DNA of 64,000 nt from Oopsacas minuta (lineage: Eukaryota; Animalia; Porifera), in the NCBI GenBank assembly GCA_024704765.1, contig JAKMXF010000015.1, forward strand, positions 34,529 to 98,528, read 5' to 3'. This document shows positions 35,796 to 47,500 of this stretch, piece by piece. Below the pieces are notes generated by a model that saw only the letters and a list, made by a program, of their open reading frames with translations, did not search any database and was not told where the DNA came from. Position numbers and translations under genes: made by a program. Position 1 is the stretch's first letter, and every line of letters begins with the position of its first letter.

Positions 35796-37100
35796 ATGGC
35801 TGAGATACATTTGAGATCTCACAGTACTTCAGAACTAGCTGAATCACCTGACACTATACCTAAGGAGAGAAGTAAACGCTCCTATCTGTTAGATCCTAAA
35901 CTCCTCCAACTTAGACTGAGTGAAGATATTCACGTACGTAATTGTTCATCTCCTGGCACTCCCACCCCTATACCTACACCTGAGAGATCTGCTAACGCAT
36001 CTCCTGTAACACCTGATACCATATCTATACCAGAGGATATATTCTCTGAAGGTATAATATCAAAATGTATTCAGCCGGATAATATTCAACCTAAGAGAGT
36101 TAGAACCAATCTAACTGAGAATCAAGACCCTCCTGACGAGAGAATACAGAATGAACTAGAGAGGATGAATCGGTCTTGTGATGATATCAATAACTTAGAA
36201 TCTCAACTCACTCGTAACAGAAATGAAGAGAGGCGGATACTGAGAGAGGGAAACAAGAGACTGAAAGATATAAAACTACAAATCTCAGAGAAGACAGTAG
36301 ACACAGCACGCTATTACTACGAAACATTACAAACAAAAAAAGAATTACAGATGCGACTCAACGGATCAGCTATTGAATTTGAGAAAGCGAAATACAAAAG
36401 AGATGATTCACGTGCTGGAGTTGTTGAGTCTGAATCTGAATATATGAAACTGAGACAGTCTTTGAAGTTACAACAGCCTGATAATAATGGCATAGATCAT
36501 AACTCTAGTCACCAATATAGTGAAGCTATTGAAAGTGTTAATACAGCTAACCAGTACTTAGATATAGCCAACCATGAATTATACGATAAGCAGAGATCAC
36601 ATAAAGAGCAGCTGCTGGAGTTCAATGCTTTTCATCTCCGTCTGGAGGAGTATCGTAGGAAGAATCACAAATCTGTCCTAAAAGCGTTACCCTATTTCCA
36701 AGCCAAGAGTCAGTACGAAGAGAAACAACAAGATCTTCTAGCTACACGACATTTCATACAAGACCAAATCAAAGAGGCCAAAATCCGTTACTCTGTAGCT
36801 CTGAAGAACCTGGAAGCTATTTCACTACAGATTCATCATATGCGAGATCCTAACACTGCATGTTCATTCAAGATAGAATTAATGAGAGAGCCTTCCTACC
36901 TCCTAGACGGAGATTCTAGTGAGGCTAGCTATCAGAGGGAAAATGCTCAATCCATGCAGAGTCTGAGAAGTTTACAATCATTCAAAGACATACGTGAAAT
37001 AGATCACATCCAACCTGATATATCACCTGATAAGTCAAATAGTATGCAGTGTTTACAGGAATTTAATAAGGAACATGATATTAGCCTCAAGTTACTGTAG
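35796..37100 (+). CDS. SH3BP5: SH3BP5 family (Rab11 GEF-type) coiled-coil protein, intronless, 434 aa
   Basis: DERIQNELERMNRSCDDINNLE, ARYYYE, KALPYF and AKIRYSVALKNLEAISLQIH match the SH3BP5/SH3BP5L domain. Confidence 0.85.
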   Translation: MAEIHLRSHSTSELAESPDTIPKERSKRSYLLDPKLLQLRLSEDIHVRNCSSPGTPTPIPTPERSANASPVTPDTISIPEDIFSEGIISKCIQPDNIQPKRVRTNLTENQDPPDERIQNELERMNRSCDDINNLESQLTRNRNEERRILREGNKRLKDIKLQISEKTVDTARYYYETLQTKKELQMRLNGSAIEFEKAKYKRDDSRAGVVESESEYMKLRQSLKLQQPDNNGIDHNSSHQYSEAIESVNTANQYLDIANHELYDKQRSHKEQLLEFNAFHLRLEEYRRKNHKSVLKALPYFQAKSQYEEKQQDLLATRHFIQDQIKEAKIRYSVALKNLEAISLQIHHMRDPNTACSFKIELMREPSYLLDGDSSEASYQRENAQSMQSLRSLQSFKDIREIDHIQPDISPDKSNSMQCLQEFNKEHDISLKLL

Positions 37101-37700
37101 AAGATTCCTTTCTGTTTTGAACATACATCTGACTCTTTTAAGCTCACTTCTGTATATTTACTGTTTACTTTTTAATTTTGATTTGTATAATATTGACTTA
37201 AGGTTGTATTTACATAATTCGATTCTATACAAATTGTAAAGTGTGTACAATCAAGCAAGCTATTAGGTTCTTAGCATCATTTTATGAAAATATATTGTAG
37301 ACAGTCAGGGACGTAACAAATAGGCAAGGAGCGAGCAAGTGATTTAAAAGTAGATCTCTTGGTTATATGATATCCCGAATAATTAACTCTGAGAACACAT
37401 TTGGCATCCTACAGGGTAAAACCAACATTTCATTCACAAGTTATCTAATAATACCTCGAGAAGTAAATATATTCCGATATTAATGAAGCTCTATAAATAT
37501 TATTAGTTCCGTATACGTATCTTATTAAGCCTATACTGCTGCCGCCGTATTCATTAAGGAGTTAAGGACTAAGTCTGACCAGAGACGGGGCCAAGATTTT
37601 TCACCATTAAAACAAATTGATTTTGGAATTTTGAGGGACATTTTGTTGCAAGAAACTTGTTGTACTGTGTATGTCTAATGGCGAAAATGACAAGATATAA

Positions 37701-37757
37701 CACGTAGATTAGGGAAGTGGTCAGGTTTGAACCGGACCAACTGCCCTAATCTACGTG
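37701..37757. other. 57-bp near-perfect palindrome
   Basis: Perfect 14-bp outer arms cacgtagattaggg / ccctaatctacgtg with further inner pairing. Confidence 0.8.
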
Positions 37758-38149
37758 ATTTTGATATTTTGATAGGTCAGGCAATCTGATTCCTTTGTAT
37801 TGGCACTAAGCAGCCACTTTGACCGCCTTCTCAAGCCCCCAGTTTGCCGAACCCTTAGTATGTACTAATTTTCATGGCCGCGCGGACGGAACAAATAGAG
37901 CATCTCCCTATAGGAAGTACTCATAAATTTCAGAAAAGTGATCGGAACAATGATCCTGAACGTGATCGCGTTCCTTTTGACGCAAGGATCGCTATCACGA
38001 TATCCGATCATATTTTAATGAACGTCTTTATCGTGATCACGATCATTAATTTTGGTGATCGACTAACGCCCTACGTATAGCATAATTAGTGTTGAATCAC
38101 AGTTATGTTGTGACGTCACTCACGATCTTATTACTGCGGTTAATATCTA

Positions 38150-38215
38150 CAGTCAACTCCTGTTATATCGAAGCTCAAGGGACTGCGATAATTACTTCGA
38201 TATAGGAAGTCATAT
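38150..38215. mobile_element. Left end of a CAGTCAACTCC-family MITE
   Basis: TA|cagtcaactcctgttatatcgaagctcaaggg, matching the ends of 56511-56674 and 54295-54457. Confidence 0.7.
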
Positions 38216-38306
38216 AACCGAAGAATTTAATGTTAATACCATATTTCCATGATCGATATAATAGGAGTTGACTTTAATATTAATAAATTATTTCCTGCTA
38301 TTAGCT

Positions 38307-39770
38307 ATGAGTGAGGAAGAAAATTGTACTGGGTTTGAGCAGTGGTGCTATCCCGAATACTCTAAGTCAGAACAAATCCCTCCCTCGCCTGAAAATCTCT
38401 TCAGACCAGGGATGGGGATAGAGTTGAATGAGAGGAATTACCCTTCTATGTTATGTGTGGGGAGAATTAAGGAAGTTAGTGGTGATTACGTGTTGGCACA
38501 TTTTGATGGATGGGATAACAGTTGGGACGTATGGTACCGATGGAATTCGCCTGAAATACGTCCAGTCGGCACCTGTAAAGCTCTAAATTGTCACCTATAC
38601 CCCCCTTACCAAGGACCAGATTCCATAACATGGGAGAAAACAGGAACATGGAGTTCTTACCTAGCGGCTAACGATGCTATAGCAGCTCCAATTGAGGCTT
38701 TTTCCAAACTATATGTGTCAGAATTCGGGGAAGATTCTTTGATACGATCTCTACTAATTCTATCAGGTAACAAAGTAGCTTCCATTGCTCATTGCTATGT
38801 AGGACTTGAAGAATTTATTGGACATAGTTTGTATGAAAAATTAAAGGGAATAAAGATATGTACTATATGTTGTGGTTCATACTTAATGGGTTATAATTGT
38901 GTTAAGCCTTTCACTATCCATGAAGAGTTGAGAACGAAATCCGGGAGATCTGGGAAAACCGGTTCTGTATGCTCTCTGTCTTGTTTATCACATTATAAAG
39001 AAAGCTTTATCGGGTGCCGGCCATCTGAAAAAAGTATCATTTCACAAGCCAATCCTTTGAAAAGTAAGATTCAGGTTCCATTCCATCATCTATTATCGAA
39101 TTCTACTCGTGATAAATCTATCAGCACTTCACAGCTAACTGACAAACCTTCCCGTAACAATCTTTTCCGTGTAGGAATGAAGTTAGAATGTATTGATACT
39201 AATTATACCACTATGTATTGTCCTGGCACGATATTACGTGCTGATGAAGATGAAGTTCTGGTCAACTTTGATGGCTGGGGTCACCATTGGGACATGTGGC
39301 TCTATTGGTATTCTACACAATTACGTCCTATCGGTACAACAGAATTCCTGAACAATAACCTTTCTGTCAATTTTCAGCGTAGAATCCCTTTTAAATGGTC
39401 TCAGTACTTAGAAGATACGAAATCTATTGCTGCACCAATTCAAGCATTTTCTAAGTTATATGTCTGTGAATTCTCGAGCAATATAGACGCTATTCCTCCT
39501 CTCGAAATACTCGTCATTAATAAACTGCTAGACAGGGAGTATCCAATTAAATACAAATCTTGTACGCAGATATTCCCGCTGCAAATAAAAGGAAAACCAT
39601 TTACTATAAAAACCTGTTATATTTGTGATAAACATTATTACCAAGGTTACATAGCTATTCCAGCATTCTCACTTCCTATTGATATCGTTGATAGGTCTTC
39701 TGTAGCTCAGCTCTGTTCAAGGAAATGTCTTAAACAGTACCATAAGGAAAGGATTGGAGAATTTATTTAA
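38307..39770 (+). CDS. MBT-repeat protein with two Cys-rich (FCS/TRASH-like) fingers, intronless, 487 aa
   Basis: MBT cores FRPGMGIE...HFDGWDNSWDVW and FRVGMKLE...NFDGWGHHWDMW; CTICC...CSLSC and CYIC...CSRKC. First ATG at 38307 (the track ORF starts at a TTG, 38268). Confidence 0.85.
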   Translation: MSEEENCTGFEQWCYPEYSKSEQIPPSPENLFRPGMGIELNERNYPSMLCVGRIKEVSGDYVLAHFDGWDNSWDVWYRWNSPEIRPVGTCKALNCHLYPPYQGPDSITWEKTGTWSSYLAANDAIAAPIEAFSKLYVSEFGEDSLIRSLLILSGNKVASIAHCYVGLEEFIGHSLYEKLKGIKICTICCGSYLMGYNCVKPFTIHEELRTKSGRSGKTGSVCSLSCLSHYKESFIGCRPSEKSIISQANPLKSKIQVPFHHLLSNSTRDKSISTSQLTDKPSRNNLFRVGMKLECIDTNYTTMYCPGTILRADEDEVLVNFDGWGHHWDMWLYWYSTQLRPIGTTEFLNNNLSVNFQRRIPFKWSQYLEDTKSIAAPIQAFSKLYVCEFSSNIDAIPPLEILVINKLLDREYPIKYKSCTQIFPLQIKGKPFTIKTCYICDKHYYQGYIAIPAFSLPIDIVDRSSVAQLCSRKCLKQYHKERIGEFI

Positions 39771-40189
39771 ATTTTTTATCTTATATTTCTATCTATTTAT
39801 TCTCTCTATATATATTTAAAGTAGTGTATGTGTGCTGTGTTCAATTAGTTTCAGCTACGAAGTGCCTGTGTAGAGGATAGTTTTAGAGTAGCAGCGGTCC
39901 GCAATTTATATATGTTACCGGTCGGTCCGGTCCAGTTCAGTCCATTCCATTCCTGCTCTATAATTTTATAGCAATCTCCGCACTAGCTAGTTCACAATAA
40001 TTAAATAAGATAATGTAGCAATCCGTCCAAATGCCAAACGAAATTGTAATTCAATACACAGATATAGCATAGCTTCATGCTATATTATTAAATATCAATT
40101 ATTGTGTGTGTATTTGTACACTTTATATTATAATTATAGGGGATGATCTGCGTATATAATATTGGGAAATACATATCCTTCTGTTGACG

Positions 40190-42186
40190 CGTGAACTAAG
40201 TAATATAAAGACTGGAAACAGCAATAAAAAACTGGACCATGGATGAACTACAAGTACATTCGTTTTTTGCTATTTATTATTAGTTATGAACTTTAAACGA
40301 TAAATATGCCTATTTTAATTGGAAATCGACTCTGAAATTGGACCAGGGATGAGATAGAAGTCATTTAAATAAGGTATGTTATTATCATAGCATATCATTG
40401 CTTATAACTGAAATAATAACATAATAATAGGTCTAAAACAACAGGAATATAATAAAGGAATAGGAAACCAAAATCATTACAAAACTGTTAAGTGATTTAG
40501 TAGCAGGAACTAATATGTCTTCTAACTAGATCTAAATTTCTTCAATCATTCTTACTAGATGTGATTTCAGAGTTGACATTGCGAACTTTATTAGCTAGTT
40601 TGCAATTAGTACATACACTAAGGATCTTCCTAAGGATAGTCTAACCAGAAGTACCACAGCCCTTACAACTATCTCTCCAATGCTGGCTAAAATTATCAAC
40701 CAACATATTTTCAGTCAGCTGAATTAATACCCATCTTGATGGCGAGGAATAGAAGTGTTTCCTAAGAGTTTCATTCTCATCAATCTTGATAAATATTTTC
40801 CATAATACAACAATTGATTCAATTACTATTTCTGAAGGCCAATTCAGAGAACTACAATCAATGTCCTTATAAGGTCATATTTAATAGTGTCTGTAATCTC
40901 AATATCTTGGTTCTCAGTTAGGTGCTGACTACAAAGATGGCAAGTGGCAGTTTTAAGATAAGAGTACACAGCGTAACCACCAATAAATACAATTGATTGG
41001 AGAACATGAAGGTCGAGGTCAATAGAATTTAGATCATGTAACAATTCAGCATACTTATCGCAAGATATATTTATGAGAATATTTTCTAGAACAAAACTGG
41101 ATTCAAATAATTCAGGATTAGTGTAGTTTAGAATATCACCAATTAAGATTTCAATTTGTCGTATATCGGTTAATCTACTGAGGCTCAAAGGAACTTGGTG
41201 TTGGCAACGACTGCTGAAACTGTTAAATCTGAATGAATTGATAAGGTAGATAGAATATGTAGAGGCTGATTGGCGAATTCCAGGTGTATGACCTCTAAGG
41301 TATTACTAGAGGAGTACCATATCGCCCAATCTTGGTTAAGGTGTAACTTTGGCAACTTAATTTTAAGATCCTCAAAATTCCCCAAACCGAACCGTAATGA
41401 ATCTTGTTGATCTTGTATAATGCTATCATGAAGAGCTTTAGCAAAGTTTTCCTCTTCCTTAGATTCAAGATTTAACGCTTTGCTATTTGACCAGTTGTAT
41501 TCAAATATGATGGGCCTGCTTGGAAAATAACAGGCACTGCGTTCGGACGATAAATTGGTCTAATGCGTGGTATTTCGGAGTAGCTACCATCAGCTTGGAG
41601 TGCCCGGTCAACGCGGATAAGATCTTCCTCCCTAAAATGGTGTATGCAAATGATTATTTATCCTCTGGAAGGTCTTCGGTTAGATCCCTATGAAGAGCTC
41701 TAATCCATTTCTCTTTCAAATATTTAGATCCTTTCGGTAAACTGAAAACAGTGCCAGTGGGGTGACCTCTGTAATTAGTTTTGCACCCAAATACAGAACA
41801 TGTATTAGGCATTAAGAAGTGTCTAAAATACATGTGAGAAAAGGTAAAACGAAGGAGGAAATGTATAAAGACGAAAAATCGGGGAATTCCAATCACGGGA
41901 AAAGTTCCCGGTAAAATACAGAATAGAATATTTCAAACAGTACCTGTATTCATTGAATAAAATAAATTAATGATATAATCCAATTATGGTTTATTAATAA
42001 TATTTTATTTAAATGACTTCTATCTCATCACTGGTCCAATTTCAGAGTCGATTTCCAATTAAAATAGGTACATTTATCGTTTAAAGTTCATAACTAATAA
42101 TAAATAGCAAAAACGAATGCACTTGTAGTTCATCCATGGTCCAGTTTTTCATTGCTGTTTCCAGTCCTTATATTACGTAGTTCACG
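40190..42186 (-). mobile_element. P-superfamily (Galileo-like) THAP transposon, internally deleted, 1997 bp
   Basis: About 183-bp TIRs (40190-40372 vs ~42005-42186), exact 7-bp TSD GTTGACG (40183-40189 and 42187-42193), enclosing THAP and P-transposase C-terminal coding relics. Confidence 0.85.
40497..41812 (-). pseudogene. THAP-domain P-type transposase relic lacking the catalytic core
   Basis: MPNTCSVFGC...FSLP...KW...CIHHF...AVPVIF (THAP, split by a frameshift near 41655), then IVFIGGYAVYSYLK..CHLC..YDLIRTL..LNWPSE (THAP9/P C-terminal pattern); several stops and frameshifts. Confidence 0.8.
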
Positions 42187-42330
42187 GTTGACGATATAGG
42201 AAAAGTAAATATTACATTGGAGTAATCGAGTATACTAATTTCGATTTTCACACTTTAAAATTAATCATATGTAATATATTATTGTTTTTATGAATACAAA
42301 AAAAACAAATAGTTGAAATTTCGAAATATA

Positions 42331-42518
42331 CTTAAAGACTTTACCTCAACAGACGTATAGGAGGGGTAATCAAGTAGGCTGAATCAGAATTTCGCATTTT
42401 CAAGTTTCTCATATGTAAATTTATTATTTTTATGAATACAGAGGGAACTTGAATATGCGAAATTCGGATTCAGCCTACTTGATTACTCCAATATTTCTGT
42501 TGAGAGCAAGTCTCTAAG
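42331..42518. mobile_element. Foldback/MITE-like element with ~75-bp imperfect arms
   Basis: 41-bp inner arms (42366-42406 and 42446-42486) differ at 2 sites; outer arms are also complementary; terminal motif cttagagacttgctct recurs near 2978. Confidence 0.7.
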
Positions 42519-43737
42519 TGGATGACTGTCAGTAATGTAAAATATAAATAATAAATTTTTTGAATATTATCGCAACTATAATATTTACCGAGTACTGAAT
42601 TGGCATATCCCTGGTCCAAGTCCATGAGACGACAGTAGGGGGTACACAGGATCTATTATATTCTATTGGAGCTGGTCCACGGGTGAAAAGTTTGGGAACA
42701 AGCCGCCCTACCGTATAGAATACTTTGATCTATCATATATCAATGCAAATTATAACTAATAACAATGATTTTGTGTAGAACAAACGTCTGCATTCAAAAT
42801 TCTACGATGGTCTACGCACCTATTTAACGATATTAAACAAGCCTAATGACATTTAAACACAACGAATACAAAGTAAAGGACGTAGAATATCCAAAACTAC
42901 AAAAGTGATACTTAAGCAGAAGTGAACAGGGAAACTACATTAATATTTTGTGAAATTATTTCTTCTTTCTAATTGTGATTAAAATCTAGTAAAATGGGGA
43001 CAACTTCAAAGTGAGGACGAATTGAAACTTAAAAGTATTCCTTCATTCTCACATTCTATGTATGGGTTTCTTACAAGTTGTGTTCGGACTCGGATTTCCA
43101 TCTTCAATCGGCAAGCTACGCAAACTAAATCTTTTGGAAGAGTGGAATTTTCCGATTTTCGCTTCTATCTTACTTGCAGGGATGTGTATAGCTTCTTTCC
43201 TTTCAATACCATCTTCAAAATACATAGGAACTGCAAAGATGAAGCTTTCCGGACCGGACCAACCGGTTTCAGGTCTGGCCCGCTTTTTCTCAAGTGCGGT
43301 CTAAACCGGTCCAATTAGCGAGTTGTCGGTCTGGAACTATTCATAATCCTCGATCGGACAAACGATGCACATAAGTAAATTATACGAGCTAGAACAGGAT
43401 AAAAATCTCAAATCACCGCCTGTGCCGACGAAATTTCATTAATTATATTATAGTGAGTTTTTGAATCTATAAATTTCTACCAAATAATTTTGGTTATTGG
43501 TTTATATATACTGGAAATACTCTATATTATATTATGTATGATACGGGCTGTTCAAATGTTACGTAACGTTATAAGGGGTAGGGGAGTATATGAGGTGTGA
43601 CAGCCCCATTCTTTTTGCATAATAAAACGGTGTCAATATTTATGGAATTTGCGTTACATAACGTTGAATGGCCCCATGTATTGATAAGAATACCAGAACA
43701 CCCGCGGACACGAAGTGTTCGTGAGCCTCGCACCGTA

Positions 43738-43757
43738 AGAAAGCGAAGCTTGCTTGT
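43738..43757 (+). mobile_element. Helitron-like 3' end motif copy (degenerate)
   Basis: agaaagcgaagcttgcttgt preceded by cctcgcaccgt, similar to 8336-8368. Confidence 0.35.
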
Positions 43758-44562
43758 AGACATAAACCATCGAGAGCACGTCTCTGCCGCATATTTTGCT
43801 TATACACACTTTACAACAGTCCAGCTTACGAATTATTCTTAAGCCTACATGATGCAACTGTTACATCTTGTATGTGATTATAGCATACAACCATTTCTTG
43901 CCTGTAACATTGTAACAATGTTGTAGCATTAATTTATGTGTTACTTTGTTATTGCCATAAAAGTGTACCGTGCAATATGACCTAAACTCCTAGCAGATAT
44001 TTAGGGTTTAATTAACACTATTGCTCTTTATATATTCCCCGTATATTAGTTTATAAGCTTGTCTAACATAATTTGATTCATCAGTTAGACTAGCTTTAAG
44101 TATAAAGACAAGATTGATTTAATTCGATTTATTTTTAATGATATGTAAACTATATAATAATAAGCATTGCATTCAAAAGCAAACATAAACAATACAGCTA
44201 TCAGAACATTAGTCATTAAGTGAGAGCTCTAGAATAGTTGAGATGCTACGTAGATATAACTATGTATTTACACAAATACAAGGTACAAAACATAGGCAGT
44301 GAAATATACAGAAAGTTATTAAATACAATTAATATATACAGTTTTACAAGCATTGTAGTATAGACTGTTTAGAGCTTTAAATATACATGGAGTTGTAAGT
44401 GAGTAAAAATTTGTACACGTAAAATAGAGAATATTTTGCAACTACTCTTCAAGGGAAAAAGCGCTTGAAAAATAAAATATTTACATTCAAGTCTTTTCTG
44501 CTACTTTATTCGTTACGTCAAGACTGCAAGTGGGCTTGTTGCCGGATTTTGGTGACGATAAT

Positions 44563-47500
44563 TCAGAAAATATTAGCTAGAGCTGTTGCAAAGGCTTGTA
44601 CAGGGGTGAAAGGACCCTGGAAGTCAAGTGTGAAGCTACCATTACTGATTTTACCGAACTGTAATACCTGTAAAAGTATAGAATAATAAAATAGATTATA
44701 AGGATTATAATACGAAATATAAAATACACATATCCAAGGTTTATTGTACTAACCTGATCTTGTTCTGGAGTTTCCAGCTGGAAATTCTTAGCAGATTTGC
44801 ATGTGACTCTACCACCAAAATCCAGTTGATATATCATATGTTGGTCGTTCCAGACAGGAGTACGGCTGTGTATCACTAAATCAGATGCTGTTGAAGTAGT
44901 AGACCGCTTGGGACTATTGCTCTTAACTTTGCTGTTACTCTCCCAGCCTGTCTTAGAATAATTCTCTGTAGATTGAGAGATTAGCTTTCTCTTGCGAGGA
45001 GATGATACAGGGACGAATAGAGGAGACCCGGGTCTTGAAGACCCGTTAGAACTGAATGAGTTGTCAGAATCCATCAATTCACTGCCAGAATCTCTTTCAT
45101 CATCAGTGAAGTCTGAAGTTAGATCAAGTCCTGAGTCATAGTCCTCAGCTTTAGGTATAGATACCTGTACTCTACGTGGCTGCATGTGTAGTATACTAGT
45201 CTTTATCTGTACAACCCCTAGGTTAGTAGGCATGTCGGGTGCTAGTCCCGTAATCTTGTATTTTGATCCAATCATAGGAGAGGTAATCTCAGCAATAGGA
45301 GTAGTAGTAACTGTGTTAGATTTGACTGCCTTTCTACGTTTACGAGGTGAGCCTTGTTCTCCATCTTCGCTACCAGGCCGTGAAGGACAGCCGTTGAATA
45401 TATGATCCTGTGTTTCTTTATCTGGCAGACTTATTGTGAATGAAGATTTTATCTTAGCTGGTTTACGACTAGCTTTTAGGATAGGTACAAGACCACCTAG
45501 ATGCTCAACGTATAGAGTGTAGTTATTCGCAGGTTTGTTTAACTGTCTGTTAGAATTCTCCTGAGGGTCCGGTACCATTGTGCAGTACAGTCGCTGACCA
45601 CTTGGAGGTAGCTTATTCACATAGTCAATAAGTCCATTGCTGTTACGAGGTGTGTATCCCTAAGAGTATTGATTTAATAAACAAAGTACAAATGTATATA
45701 TTACCGGTGTTAATCAAATATCAGTACAAGTGTGTTACGTTCTAAGATAATTATATTAGTAATTAGCTTTCTAGGTGATCTTTCTGACTATAGTTGTATT
45801 GTTCAGAATATTAGTTGTAAACATTCTCAAAGAGAAATTCAACAAGTCAATTGCATATTAGCTTATAAATATTTTTAACTGATAAAAGCTACCGTATAAG
45901 GATTTGTAACTTTAATATTGTTCGTATTTACCATACCAATGTCATCCATATTAAGCAATTCATTATAATTCTCCTTAACAAATTCCCAGACAATAACAAA
46001 TCGTTTTCATTGCTCTAACGATGTAATAAACTTTGCTGAAGCTTTACCCCAGCTTACAGTACATGCGTATTTATCACAAGCAAGCTACATTAATTTACGG
46101 TTATCGGGAAATAGAGAGGCCATTTAGAAGTGTTTCTCTTGTGCCCTATTCGTCACCTTTCATCCATTAAGTTTGTTTGATTCACTATTTACTTCATTGG
46201 ATAAGAATGAATAAAATGCATATTTATACATACTAATTAACCAATTTTTACTATTTATCCTACAAATATGCATAACAAAGGATTAAGTCTAGGGTTTAAT
46301 GCAGACATAATATTCGTCTTATGGACATTGAACTTCGAGCAGTAACATGAAATTACACTTAACCTAGCAACGGCTTCACAATCAAGTTATGTAAACGTGA
46401 AACTATGTCATTTTATTCTGTCTGTTGGGAATGTCTTGTGATGAAACGAGTAGCCAGACGTTGGTTAGTTACGGTAACGGAGATTGGCATGTTACGTAAA
46501 TTCATTAATCCGATAATTAATGTTGTTTCTACCTGTGATGGTATAATTTATAATTATATTAATACACAACCTGTGATGGTAAATTGAATAAAGTCAAGTG
46601 TACCATCAACTTTATCATTAGTTTATCACATGATAACAAATATACTAATAATATTCCAGTAATTGTGAATTTGATAGTAACATACCTGTACTGATGGCGT
46701 AAACTGTTCAGAAAGTTGTTGCTTGAGTCTGATGGGTAGGCCAGTTGATAGAACATCCTTGCTATTGTTAATACAATTGAGTACTGTTTGTTGACAGAGT
46801 AATTGTAGAGAAGGGACCTCGTAGGATACACATATGGTGAAGAGATAAGCTCCACAAGCTATGAAGAGTCTACAGTCGTCATGTGCCCAGGTCATGGCAG
46901 TAACGTTTTCCTTAAAAGATAATTTCAGTAATAAACAATATTTAATATTTTAGAGATCACAGGTAATGACCTCAATACCATCATGGGATCAGGGAAAGAT
47001 AGGTAAAGAATGAGCTTGATAGCATGGAAAATACAGCTTTATATTTGAATTAATGATCGACTTGATTACTAAATCCGAACCCAAAACAAAACAATCGCCA
47101 TTAATGATCATTAAAAATATCATATTTGTCAGAAACTAACAAATAATCTTAAAATAATTCTTAATATTATTTACATTAATTATCTCTCTTTATCGGTTAT
47201 AAAGAGAGATAATAATTAAATCAATAATAAGAATTTGCTAAATTAGCAAATGAAATAATTATATCTAATAATAATATCTAATCATAGTATCTAATCATAG
47301 TATCTAATAATAGTATCTAATCATAGTATCTAATAATAGTATCTAATCATAGTATCTAATAATAGTATCTAATCATAGTATCTAATAATAGTATCTAATC
47401 ATAGTTAGCACATTAGCAATCGTGTATAATTGTAATGTCGAGTTTCTTCTACCTGACAACAGAATTGGTTTTAAAAATTTATCCTCAAATTGACAAATTT

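Noticed and set aside
43022-43857. ORFs 43022-43318, 43062-43304, 43569-43763, 43597-43842 and 43654-43857
   Set aside because: Short, mutually overlapping, embedded in repeat-like ggaccgg and Helitron-like sequence; no domain.
47262-47404. CRISPR-like array
   Set aside because: Head-to-tail units with no unique spacers, eukaryotic intron context, no cas genes.
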